Below are positions 48,420-58,396 of a DNA stretch of 64,000 nt, in pieces. Both the position numbers and the translations under genes were made by a program. Origin of the DNA: an uncultured Nitrososphaerota archaeon (GTDB lineage Archaea; Korarchaeota; Korarchaeia; Korarchaeales; Korarchaeaceae); contig CAZUBM010000009.1 in assembly GCA_964618805.1 (NCBI GenBank), positions 1 to 64,000 of the forward strand, read 5' to 3'. The first letter of the stretch is position 1, and each line of letters opens with the position of its first letter. A model generated the notes under the pieces. It saw nothing but the letters and a program-made list of their open reading frames with translations, was not told the origin of the DNA and made no database searches.

Positions 48420-50288
48420 TTAGCCTGGCAGAAGACCCGCTTCCTCAAGCCTATCTGCAAGTTCTTTAAGTCCTAATCTCTCCAGAGTAGATCTAGTGGG
48501 CCGTCCCTTCTTCCACCCTCTTAGCTCATAATACTCAGGCAACATCTCCGATATCTTTGCTACATGCCCTTTGCTTGGTCCTGAAGGCATGGGAGTCTTT
48601 GTGAACCTCTCTGGAAGGGTATCGTACGCTTCACCATCTCCAAAGCTAAGGATATTGAATACCCTTTCTGCGTTCCAGATTCTTTCTCCTATCTCCATGA
48701 GGCCTTTTCCATCTATATCCCAGCCAGTTACTGCTGAGAGCTGAGAGGCAAGTTCATCAACCCAATAGGCGAATGTCACGAACTTGCAGACGATCATGCT
48801 GTCTAGAGCAGCAAAGGCATCTTGGAAGTCCTTCGTCCACTTAGCCTTTCCTTTTGTTGTGTATGGATCAAGCTTCTCAGGAACACCTAGTATCTCTGGG
48901 GCTATCAGGTAACCCCTGAGGTGGCACCCTCCCCTGTTGCTCGTTGCATAACCTAAGGCATGGGCCTGAACACCTCTTGGATCATAGGCAGGGAGACATT
49001 GCCCTCTGACCTGAGGAGCTAGCTCTGGATGTCCGTACTTCTTTGCAAGCCTGTAGCCTCCTTCCGCTAAATCATCTCCTATGCCACTTCTGTAGGCCAT
49101 CCTCCAAATCATCTCAACAACGGCCCCTGAATTGCCGAATTTTAGTTCTATACCCTCCAACTTCTCCTTTGGAATATATCCTCTCTCATATAGCTCCATA
49201 GCAACAGCAATGGCATTTCCAGCACTTATCGTGTCAAAGCCAAGCTCGTTACACAGATAATTTGCCTTACACACAGCTCCTAGATCTCCTACACCTACGT
49301 CAGCTCCTAAAGCCCAAACGGTCTCGTACTCTGGTCCATCTCCCTCTCCTTGGAAGGGTGGCTCTTTTATCTTTGTGTATCTTCCGCACGCTATCATGCA
49401 TCCCCAGCATGGAACCTTTCTCACCAGTACCTTTTCAGCCATGGTCTCCCCGCTTATGTTCTCAGCCTTATCGAACTGTCCAAACTGGAAGTTATTGGTC
49501 GGAAAGATCCCAGCTTCATTTATTATGTTAACAAGGACTGCCGTTCCATAAGTAGGTAAGGCCTCATTTGTGACTCCGCTAGCCTTCGTTTTCTCGATCG
49601 CATCCCTTATCACTTGCTTGAATTCATCTTCCTTTGCTATCGGGACCTTCATCTTGCCCTTAGCCACAATGGCCTTAAACTTCTTCGATCCCCAAACAGC
49701 CCCGTGTCCTCCTCTCCCGGCTGCCCTACCTTCGTCGTTTATTATGCAGGCGATCCTAGAAAGGTTTTCACCGGCAGGTCCTATGCAAGCAACTTTTGCC
49801 TCTTCCCCATGTCTTTCCTTCAATATCCTGGTTGTTGCATGAGTATCCTTCCCCCAGATGTCCTTCGCATCCTTTAGCTCCGCCTTTCCATCCTCAAGCA
49901 ACAGGTACACGGGTTCATCCGAGGCACCCTCAAGCACGACGAAGTCGAAGCCGGCGAACTTCACGTGAGGGCCGAACTTACCACCAGAGTTAGAATCATG
50001 AACGGTGTTTGTTAAAGGTGATTTTGTGACACTACACCATCTTCCAGCCTCTATTGATGCTCCTGAACCTGTTACAGGGCCGGTCATTACGAATGCTTTG
50101 TTCTCAGGACTAAGAGGATCCACTCGGGGATCGACTTCCTTTAGCATAAGATAAACTCCTAGCCCTCTCCCTCCTATCCACGTTTTGAGGATGTCTTCGG
50201 GAAGATAATCGAACAAGGTTTCGATGCGGACCTTCTGCTCGGACAAGTTCACCCTAACGAATTTGCCCATGTATCCTCCAACAGCCAA
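48420..50288 (-). CDS. aor: Tungsten-dependent aldehyde:ferredoxin oxidoreductase
   Basis: KSPLT, GPAGE, AAGRGG.GAV.GSK, CWGCMIAC, GPEYET, DTIS and RGGCH. TTG start after GGTGA. Confidence 0.93.
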   Translation of the reverse strand: MAVGGYMGKFVRVNLSEQKVRIETLFDYLPEDILKTWIGGRGLGVYLMLKEVDPRVDPLSPENKAFVMTGPVTGSGASIEAGRWCSVTKSPLTNTVHDSNSGGKFGPHVKFAGFDFVVLEGASDEPVYLLLEDGKAELKDAKDIWGKDTHATTRILKERHGEEAKVACIGPAGENLSRIACIINDEGRAAGRGGHGAVWGSKKFKAIVAKGKMKVPIAKEDEFKQVIRDAIEKTKASGVTNEALPTYGTAVLVNIINEAGIFPTNNFQFGQFDKAENISGETMAEKVLVRKVPCWGCMIACGRYTKIKEPPFQGEGDGPEYETVWALGADVGVGDLGAVCKANYLCNELGFDTISAGNAIAVAMELYERGYIPKEKLEGIELKFGNSGAVVEMIWRMAYRSGIGDDLAEGGYRLAKKYGHPELAPQVRGQCLPAYDPRGVQAHALGYATSNRGGCHLRGYLIAPEILGVPEKLDPYTTKGKAKWTKDFQDAFAALDSMIVCKFVTFAYWVDELASQLSAVTGWDIDGKGLMEIGERIWNAERVFNILSFGDGEAYDTLPERFTKTPMPSGPSKGHVAKISEMLPEYYELRGWKKGRPTRSTLERLGLKELADRLEEAGLLPG

Positions 50289-50784
50289 ATCGATCACCGG
50301 AGTTTTCTGCGATACTAGCACAATGAAACTAAAAAAAGAGTCGATGTGACACAGGAGTTAATTCGATCTTCGATCCAGTTGTTGAACCTCTGGCTATTTT
50401 TCCTTTTAAGAGAGGTAAGAAGAAAGAAAAAGCTAAATTCGCCTAAGGGGCTCTTATGACGTGATCCAAGCTTCGTTATAGGGGAATTCCTCCTGGATAC
50501 CCCGAGGGCGTTGCCTCCATCAAGATCCGGAGTAAGTCCTCAGCGAGCTTCTCCAAGACCTCCCCAGCCCCTTTCTGGAGAGAATCATCATCCTTCCCAA
50601 TGGGATGAGGCATCGAGATGGTCCAAGATCATCAGGGCAAGGAGATCCAGCTAATAAAGACGAGTTCTATTGTTTTCCTAGAAGTGTCCCTTTGTCGGGC
50701 CATTGATTATCGGCAAAATATTCAAATTCCAAAATTCTTGCAAAATTTTTAACTCTTTGAAACCTAAATTGTTGGTGAGACCTT

Positions 50785-51363
50785 TTGAGGGTAGGCGTCA
50801 CGAAAGATTCGGCCCTAATAATTGTTGATGTCCAAAGGGACTTCATGCCAGGAGGTGCTCTTCCGGTTCCCTCTGGAGAGAGCATAATTCCTGTCATAAA
50901 CCGGTTGATAGCTAGTTTCAAGGAAAGAGAAATGCCTATAATAGCAACTAGAGACTGGCACCCCAAGGACCACATTTCTTTCAAACCAAGGGGACCTTGG
51001 CCTCCTCACTGCATACAGGGGACCGCAGGGGCTGAATTTCATCCTTCTCTTGAGCTGCCAGAAAAGGCAATAATAGTTTCCAAAGGAACTTCTGCAGAAA
51101 AGGAGGCCTACTCAGCTTTTCAGGGAACCGGGCTTGAAAACACGCTTAATAAACTTAGGATCAAGAGGTTGTTCGTCTGCGGTGTTGCTACAGAGTACTG
51201 CGTTAAGGAAACCGTTATGGATGCCCTCAAAAGAGGATTTCAAACCTTTGTACTTGAGGATGCCATAAAAGGAATTGATGTGAGAGGAGAGGACAAAGCT
51301 AAAGGAGAAATGCTTAAAAAAGGAGCCGTTATGACCAGTAGCTCAGAACTGGTTTTCTTTTAG
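50785..51363 (+). CDS. pncA: Nicotinamidase/pyrazinamidase
   Basis: VDVQRDF, RDWHP, WPPHC, SKG..YSAF and ATEYCV. Confidence 0.92.
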   Translation: MRVGVTKDSALIIVDVQRDFMPGGALPVPSGESIIPVINRLIASFKEREMPIIATRDWHPKDHISFKPRGPWPPHCIQGTAGAEFHPSLELPEKAIIVSKGTSAEKEAYSAFQGTGLENTLNKLRIKRLFVCGVATEYCVKETVMDALKRGFQTFVLEDAIKGIDVRGEDKAKGEMLKKGAVMTSSSELVFF

Positions 51364-51483
51364 AAAAAATATAAGTCAATCGCAAAAACCTATCTGATGC
51401 TCAGAAAGATTAATTTTCAGATTCATTTCATGTTAGGCAACTTCTCTGATCTCGGTGTGCCCTGTTCAAACATAAATAGAGAT

Positions 51484-51552
51484 TTACGATTTTATCCTCA
51501 TCAGGTGCACTGAACAGGATATGCATGGGTCCTAGGCCCTTACAATCTGTTC
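51484..51552 (-). pseudogene. hydA: C-terminal remnant of a NiFe hydrogenase large subunit (group 3b-like)
   Basis: Reads EQIVRA*DPCISCSVHLMRIKS*, the L2 motif DPCxxCxxH with the Tyr codon changed to TAG. Confidence 0.85.
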
Positions 51553-52346
51553 CAATGCCCGCATTTCCCAATACCACATCTCATCCTCCTCTCCAACGTC
51601 AGGTAAATTTGCCAAGGTTCGAAATTACGTCTTATTAGTTCCTTCACTACAAACTTGTACATTATTGGCGGACCACAAATTATTGCATAAGTGTTCTCTG
51701 TTGACGTTTCCGTCTTCTCAAAGAGTTTTGTAACCACACCTTGGACGATCCTCTCCCCTCAGCAAGCCTTTTACATTTTCGTCATTCTGATCCTCATATG
51801 ATAGATATAATCTTAATTTTTGCTCATCTCCTTCGCGAAATAGATATAGGAATTCCTCTCGAAACAGCATAAGTTCATAGCTCTCAAATCCATAAAACAC
51901 GGTTATCTCACCGTATCTTTCCCTATTTTAAGCGCATATTGGAGCACTGCTCGTAAAGGCGCTACTCCCAATCCGCCTGCTATCAAAAGGAGGTTGTTCC
52001 CTTCCATCTCTTCCATTGGAAAGCCGTTTCCATATGGTCCTCTGATCCACAATAAGTCACCTTCCTTTAGTTTATGGATAGCGTTCGTTACCCTACCAAC
52101 CCTTCTAATACATAGCTCCAGAATTTCTGGCTCTCCCCTCCATGAACAAATTGAGATGGGGGCCTCTCCGACTCCCGTTACGCCTACCTCCACGAACTGA
52201 CCAGGTCTGTAAACGAATCTTTCTACAAGATCCCTGCCCAAGAACTTAACGTGAAATAGGCGCTCTATTTCCGTCATCTTTTCGATTTTAATAATTCTTG
52301 ATGGGCTTGGAGCCAAGACATTGTCTATTGCCTCTACTTCCGCCAT
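51553..52346 (-). pseudogene. hydG: Sulfhydrogenase gamma subunit (FAD/NAD-binding), frameshifted and truncated
   Basis: PGQF, GEAPIS, RGPYG, AGGLG, CGPP and ERRMRCGIGKCGH spread over three frames. Ends at a deletion junction. Confidence 0.88.
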
Positions 52347-52348
52347 TC

Positions 52349-53359
52349 CTAATCACCTACGATTTTTTGGAGAACCTCAATGTAGTCAATACCGGCTGGA
52401 CAATAAACAGTACATCTCCCGCACACTACGCAGTTTGGCATTCCCTCAAGCAGGCTTCCCTTGCAGTTGAACCTATTTCTCAGTCTCTCAACCCTAGTGG
52501 GCCTAAAATTAAGGCCCCCTGCAATAAGACCATGTCTCCTCAACATGTGCATGAATCCCATCTACGAACCCTTTCGCCAGTTGTTATGTCCAAGTTCACA
52601 AAGTCAATTACGTCGTAGCACCTACATGTAGGACAAACGGGGTTGCACGTACCGCATCCAAGACATTTTTCAGCGTATTCATCCCAGATCTGGCTATTAT
52701 GAGCAAGTTAAAGCATGTCTTGAAGTCCCCAGATGCTGAGTTCCAACTTGAATTCATTCAAGCGCTTCTTTTGGCTTCTCTTAAACTCCTCTATATCTTC
52801 TGATCCAACAGGATCAAATAAACCCTTGTTTTTGCAACTATTTCATGACCTCTCATGCTTCCAACTCGAACGAAGAAACCATCGCTTATCTCATGTAAGA
52901 ATAGGTCAAATCCGTCAGTTGCATAACTTGTTCCCATAGACTTACAGAAGCAATGCTCATCTGGATGACAGTCGATGCCTATCAAGATAGCATTTCTCCT
53001 TCTCTCCAAGTAGTACTTGTCTGCCATATCCTCAAGGTAGATTTTATCCAGTAACTTCAAGGCATGAATGTCACATGGGTGAATACCAAAGATTACCTTG
53101 CGCAGGTCGTCTTCGATGACCTCCCTGAACTCTGCTCTTTTCTCATCAAACTCAAAGATTTTTCCTTTAATCCGACGAAGAATTTCTTTGGCGGAATAAT
53201 CGTGCGATTATACGAAAGATCCATTTCATCTAGGGTTGTGACTTCTTTGAAATTACAAGCTGAGGATCCAGCCTTAACTGGACCATAAATTTTGCCATAT
53301 TCCTGCAAGTTTTTGAAAAAGGCTTCAAAATCTTTCCTTGGAAGCTTCAAATACATCAT
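52349..53359 (-). pseudogene. hydB: Sulfhydrogenase beta subunit (4Fe-4S dicluster), disrupted
   Basis: [29 protein letters not shown] and CVVCGRC..CP in several frames, with an in-frame TAA at 52708-52710. Confidence 0.88.
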
Positions 53360-53503
53360 TTTTTCTTCATCACCTAAAATTCGCTTGGATCAATACGGGC
53401 ACCCATTACTCCCTGCACGACTGAGCATCTCAATTCTTTCACCCCTACTAGCAATGTGTTAGATAGCTCAAAAAGTCTAAAGGTCTAGGGATCCATCCGT
53501 GAA

Positions 53504-54190
53504 TCAGCTCTCTTCTTCTCTTACACAAGTTCCGCATTCGCCTTTCAAGCCCATCCAACATGCGTATTCGCCGTAAACTTCGAGACAAGTCGGTTGTAAG
53601 ACATTTAGGCATCCTCCACATAGTACATCCTTTGGCTCTGCTCCCTCACATCTCAATACAATGGCTGGACAGATGTACATACAGGCCCCACATTTTCTGC
53701 ATACCTCAGAGGTCTTGTCAAATGGTGTCGTTATCCTTATCTTGTCACCTCTGTTAACGAAGCCTATTGCTTTTGCCATCATCTGCTCCTCACACATTCT
53801 AACGCATAGCCCACAGTAAATGCAATCCTCCCACTTTGGCTTGAACCTAACCTTTTCAATTCCCATCTTGGCTGCCATATCTTGAAGCACTTTTGATGTC
53901 GGGCATTGGGAGATGAGAAGCTCCAGCATCATCTTTCTTGCTTTTATAACGCGTTCTGTAGCTGTTCGGACAACAAGTCCATCTTCAACAGGGTATGTAC
54001 ATGATGAGACCAACTTCGTTTTTTCGCCTTCACCGATCTCAACCAAGCAGAGCCGGCATCCTCCCCACGGTGAAAGCCCATCATGGTGGCATAGCGTTGG
54101 TATATCTATCCCCAGAAACCTTGCTGCGTCCAGAATAGTCCACCCCTCAGGTGCATCGAATTCAATTCCATCTATTATTATTTTTGGCAT
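53504..54190 (-). CDS. NuoG/HydA N-terminal-like Fe-S subunit without a catalytic domain
   Basis: IPTLC..GGCRLCLVE..SSC (2Fe-2S), CIYCGLCVRMC and CRKCGACMYICP, plus a Cys-rich tail. Confidence 0.88.
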   Translation of the reverse strand: MPKIIIDGIEFDAPEGWTILDAARFLGIDIPTLCHHDGLSPWGGCRLCLVEIGEGEKTKLVSSCTYPVEDGLVVRTATERVIKARKMMLELLISQCPTSKVLQDMAAKMGIEKVRFKPKWEDCIYCGLCVRMCEEQMMAKAIGFVNRGDKIRITTPFDKTSEVCRKCGACMYICPAIVLRCEGAEPKDVLCGGCLNVLQPTCLEVYGEYACWMGLKGECGTCVREEES

Positions 54191-54202
54191 ACAATATCCC
54201 TC

Positions 54203-56050
54203 CTAAGACACGATCACCGCCCCAAACTTGCATACATCCCGGCATATTCCGCATTTTATGCACTTCTCTTGGATTATGGAGTGCGGTTCTTTAGGCTTGC
54301 CCGTTATGGCTCCTACTGGACAGTTTATCCTGCATGCATCACAACCAGTACATTTCTCAGGATCTATCGTGTATTTTATCAGCGCCTTGCATACTCCAGC
54401 AGGGCATCTTTTTTCCCTTATGTGAGCTAGGTATTCTTCTCTAAAATACCTCAGAGTTGTCAATACTGGATTTGGAGCCGTTTGCCCCAACCCACAGAGA
54501 GAAGCATCCTTAACCACGTTTGCCAGCTCCTCAAGGAGCTGAAGATCCTCTTCTGAGGCCTTTCCCTCAGTTATATCTGATAGAATCTCATACATCCTCT
54601 GGGTTCCCTCCCTGCACGATACGCATTTCCCGCAAGATTCGTCTTTAAGGAATTTCATGAAGTACTTTGCAGTATCGACCATGCATGTGTTTTCGTCCAT
54701 CACTATAACACCTCCTGAACCCATCATGGAGCCTGCTTCTGTCAATGATTCGTAATCTATAGGCAAATCAAATAGTTCTTCTGGTATACAACCCCCCGAG
54801 GGTCCGCCTATTTGCACCGCTTTGACCTTTTTACCATCGGGAGCCCCTCCGCCGATATCATATATAAGCTCCCTGAGAGTGATTCCCATTGGGACTTCGA
54901 CTAGACCAGAGTTTTTCACCTTTCCTACCAACGAAAATACCTTTGTACCCTTGCTTGTCTTTGTACCAATGCTTGAAAACCAATCTGCGCCTCTTTCTAT
55001 TATATACGGGACGTTTGCCCAAGTTTTGACGTTGTTTATACATGTTGGTTTGCCAAAGAGCCCTTTTTCCGCTGGATATGGAGGTCTTTGCCTTGGCGAT
55101 GGTCTTTTTCCTTCTATAGATTGCAATAGAGCAGTTTCTTCTCCACAGACAAACGCACCAGCGCCTTTAACTATTTCTATATCGAAACTGAACCCTGATC
55201 CCAATATGTTTTCACCAAGCAAGCCTAGCTCCCTTGCTTGATTTACTGCAATTGTAGCATGCTTTACTGCAAGAGGATATTCGTGTCGAACGTAGATCCA
55301 GCCCTTATTAGCCCCTATTGCGTAAGCACCTATTATCATCCCTTCTATGACAGAATGCGGATTTCCTTCTAGAACGCTTCTGTCCATGTACGCACCAGGA
55401 TCTCCCTCATCACAGTTGCAAATGATGTATTTCACATCGCTTTTTTGCATTCTTGTTATCTCCCATTTTTTCCCGGTTGGAAAACCAGCTCCTCCCCTTC
55501 CTCTTAGACCAGATCTCTTTATTTCCTCTATTATTTCCTCAGGCTTCATTTGAAGGGCCTTTGCGAGAGCTTTATAGCCTCCTGTAGCTATGTAGTCTTC
55601 TATGCTTGTTGGATCTATCAAACCGTTTTTAGAGAGGACGATCCTCTTTTGTTTGGCATAAAATGGAATCTCATATACGTGTTTTATCTTCCTTCCAGTG
55701 TTAGGATCTTCATAAAGCAGTCTATCTACAACTTCTCCCCTAGTTAACCTCTCCAATATTTCTGGAACATCCTCTGGCTTAACCCTTTGATAAAATATCT
55801 GCTCGGGATAAATTACAACTATCGGACCTCTTTCGCAGAAACCATGGCAGCCACTAACCTTGAGATCTATTTTGTTTTCTAGTCCCAACGATTTGATCTC
55901 CTTTTTAAATGCTTCTACTACTTCCATAGATCTGCTGGACCTACATCCTGTTCCCCCACATACTATGATACGGAGTTTTTCAGCACTGTATTTTTCTTGC
56001 AGCTTCCTGCGTAAAGCCTCCAGATCTGCTACGGAGGTTATTCTCCTCAT
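54203..56050 (-). CDS. NuoF/HydB (BfuB-like) NADH/FMN-binding subunit
   Basis: N-terminal 2Fe-2S, GRGGAGFP, DEGDPGAYM, GAFVCGEETA, CGKCVSCREG, HIREKRCPAGVC and a C-terminal 2x4Fe-4S domain. Confidence 0.93.
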   Translation of the reverse strand: MRRITSVADLEALRRKLQEKYSAEKLRIIVCGGTGCRSSRSMEVVEAFKKEIKSLGLENKIDLKVSGCHGFCERGPIVVIYPEQIFYQRVKPEDVPEILERLTRGEVVDRLLYEDPNTGRKIKHVYEIPFYAKQKRIVLSKNGLIDPTSIEDYIATGGYKALAKALQMKPEEIIEEIKRSGLRGRGGAGFPTGKKWEITRMQKSDVKYIICNCDEGDPGAYMDRSVLEGNPHSVIEGMIIGAYAIGANKGWIYVRHEYPLAVKHATIAVNQARELGLLGENILGSGFSFDIEIVKGAGAFVCGEETALLQSIEGKRPSPRQRPPYPAEKGLFGKPTCINNVKTWANVPYIIERGADWFSSIGTKTSKGTKVFSLVGKVKNSGLVEVPMGITLRELIYDIGGGAPDGKKVKAVQIGGPSGGCIPEELFDLPIDYESLTEAGSMMGSGGVIVMDENTCMVDTAKYFMKFLKDESCGKCVSCREGTQRMYEILSDITEGKASEEDLQLLEELANVVKDASLCGLGQTAPNPVLTTLRYFREEYLAHIREKRCPAGVCKALIKYTIDPEKCTGCDACRINCPVGAITGKPKEPHSIIQEKCIKCGICRDVCKFGAVIVS

Positions 56051-56523
56051 GCCTGTTTAGCCTCCTCCCTCATTCTTTTAATAATGGACAAGATCTTATT
56101 AGGCGTCATGTGCCCCCAATACCTACCATCAATGACTACCACGGGCCCAAGTGCACAGCAACCCAAGCAATAGACCGTCTCCAACGTGAAATTCAAATCT
56201 GGCGTAGTCTCCCCAGGATTTATCTTCAGTTCCCTGGAGATAGCATCTACTATCCTTCTGCCTCCACGGACATGGCATGCAGTCCCTAGACAAACCGTTA
56301 TAACATGCCTCCCTTTGGGGACAAAGCTAAAAGACCTATAGAATGTAGCGACTCCGTATACGTCCACAAGGGGGATTTTAAGCCTACTTGCAACCTCCCT
56401 TAGTGCCTCTTCGGGTAGATAATTAAAGCGTTCTTGGATGTCTTGTAGTATAGGAACGAGGAATTTACCATGTTTTTCAATGCACTCATCAACAAACTCA
56501 GATATATCTGTCATGGGGATCAC
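56047..56523 (-). CDS. NuoE/HydC 2Fe-2S subunit
   Basis: VATFY, CLGTACHVRG and CLGCCALGP. Confidence 0.93.
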   Translation of the reverse strand: MIPMTDISEFVDECIEKHGKFLVPILQDIQERFNYLPEEALREVASRLKIPLVDVYGVATFYRSFSFVPKGRHVITVCLGTACHVRGGRRIVDAISRELKINPGETTPDLNFTLETVYCLGCCALGPVVVIDGRYWGHMTPNKILSIIKRMREEAKQA

Positions 56524-56546
56524 TACGCTTTTTCCTCAAGTTTGGT

Positions 56547-58127
56547 TCAGCAGTCAAGTATTCTCTCCACTTCTTCTTCATCACACTCCATTATGTACTT
56601 TATGCCACTTATTTCGCTTGCTTCCCTGGTCAAAGCTGCAATATCGTCTCTTGACAGGTACTCTAAGCTGAATTTTCTTGCACCACACATGAGTTGCTTT
56701 AGTCCTTGTTCAAGCCTTTTCATATATGTGTAAAGACCCAAGGCGCCAGTTGGAATCTTATGGAAATCTTCTCCGAATCTTTCCATGAGTTCTGGGGCTG
56801 TTATGAATATCTCCTCCTTTCTTGTTCCGAATCTAGCAATGTAGGTCGGTACTCTCCCTTCCTCAATCCTCTTGCCGATGTTCTTTCCAACCATCACAGC
56901 TGTAAGTGGAGCTCTAGCCATTGTGATAAGCTTGAAGTAAGGTGCACCAAGACATAAACCTTTGAATATTTGATCTTCAAAAGCGAATCCGCCTGCTATT
57001 GAGACATCAGGTATGTACTTACCCTTCTTTGCCAATTTATCTAGGTATTTATAGAGTAGGGACCAAAGCTCTACCCCCGGTACGCCCCATTCGTTCATCA
57101 TTCTCCAAGGACTCATGCCGGTCCCGCCTCCAGCCGCATCTACGGTCAGCAAATCAATTTTTGCCTCTGAGGATAATTTTACTGCAAGTGCAAGAGCGCT
57201 AGGTCTATATGCACCGGTTTTTAAGAAAACATACTTTGCACCAGCTTCTCTTAATTCATCAACTCTGTTGCAGAAACTCTCCTCTTCTACCATCCCCAAC
57301 CTTGAATGTCTCTCAAATTCATGGAAGACTCCCTGTTTAAATGCTTCTATAACGACCGGATCGAAGGGGTCTGGTAAGACTATATACCCCCTTTCCTTCA
57401 ACATCTGCGCTCTTTCAAGGTCCTTTATCTTCACCTCCCCGCCTATGCTTTTCGCACCTTGGCCCCATTTGATTTCGACAGCATCAACTTCCAGTTTTGA
57501 CAACACGTATTCGTGTACTCCAAGTCTAGTATCCTCAACATTAGCTTGTACAGCAACAGTGCCATATCCATCCTGTTGCCATTCTTTGAAGAGCTTGACC
57601 CTTCTTTCCATATCCTCAGAGTAGACAACTTTTCCATTTTCAAACAAAGAGCTCGGATCCATGCCGCACACGTTCTCACCTACCGTTAGCATAATGCCTG
57701 AGAGTGCTGCACCAATAGCTAATCCTTCCCAGTTCCTCTTTGCTACGGCTGTTGAGCCTAGAGCTCCAATAGAAATAGGTAATTTCAATTTTATCCCTTT
57801 ATCTCTACCTATTCTCTGCTCTGTATCCACATTTATGAATAGAGCTTTATCTGGATCAGGTTCTATTCCATGTGCGCCCCTCACTGTTCCTAGTATTGTA
57901 AAGTGGGATAAGTCTACTGGATATTTTTTCGTGGCAGCGGTTGTGATTATTCCGAAAGGTTGAGGATAGAGCACCTCTGTTCCCCTGTAGGCTGACTTGC
58001 CTATTTCGCATGGACCTATGCATCCATCCACACAAGTAGCGCACAGCCCACTTATTGGAACAACCGAATCGGGCGTTCTATTTTTTGTCAACGTTGCAGC
58101 AGAAGCATTCAGTCGCGAATAACTCAT
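56547..58127 (-). CDS. FMN-binding glutamate synthase-family protein
   Basis: EIKWGQGAKSIGGE, GGTGMSP and IAGG, plus N-terminal CATCVDGC..CE. Confidence 0.88.
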   Translation of the reverse strand: MSYSRLNASAATLTKNRTPDSVVPISGLCATCVDGCIGPCEIGKSAYRGTEVLYPQPFGIITTAATKKYPVDLSHFTILGTVRGAHGIEPDPDKALFINVDTEQRIGRDKGIKLKLPISIGALGSTAVAKRNWEGLAIGAALSGIMLTVGENVCGMDPSSLFENGKVVYSEDMERRVKLFKEWQQDGYGTVAVQANVEDTRLGVHEYVLSKLEVDAVEIKWGQGAKSIGGEVKIKDLERAQMLKERGYIVLPDPFDPVVIEAFKQGVFHEFERHSRLGMVEEESFCNRVDELREAGAKYVFLKTGAYRPSALALAVKLSSEAKIDLLTVDAAGGGTGMSPWRMMNEWGVPGVELWSLLYKYLDKLAKKGKYIPDVSIAGGFAFEDQIFKGLCLGAPYFKLITMARAPLTAVMVGKNIGKRIEEGRVPTYIARFGTRKEEIFITAPELMERFGEDFHKIPTGALGLYTYMKRLEQGLKQLMCGARKFSLEYLSRDDIAALTREASEISGIKYIMECDEEEVERILDC

Positions 58128-58151
58128 CCAGACACCTCCCTTACATCTGAA

Positions 58152-58173
58152 TTTTCAGGCATATGCCTGAAAA
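58152..58173. promoter_or_regulatory. Perfect 22-bp palindrome, candidate operator or leader hairpin
   Basis: TTTTCAGGCATATGCCTGAAAA is its own reverse complement and lies 24 nt upstream of the 58127 start. Confidence 0.6.
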
Positions 58174-58396
58174 CCACTAAATCTCGCTTAAACATATGGA
58201 CAACTCCTTTTGTTCAAGTGCTGATTGTTAAAAAATTTTACTATCCCTTCGCGATGAGCCCTGATACATCTTATTGAAGCACATATTAGCATCTTTGAGG
58301 ATTATACGAGGAAAGAGGTCGAGGAAAGAGGTCAGATAGGGCGTTTATATGAATTTTATTAATAAGCTTTATATAATCCTTGATTTGGGTGGGTAA

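Noticed and set aside
51532-51534. In-frame TAG in the hydrogenase remnant as pyrrolysine or other recoding
   Set aside because: It replaces a Tyr in a start-less stub within an operon full of other lesions, so simple decay explains it.
53360-53503. Short ORF (MRCSVVQGVMGARIDPSEF) after a GGTGA-like RBS as another deletion scar
   Set aside because: It has no recognisable family motif and cannot be supported without a search.
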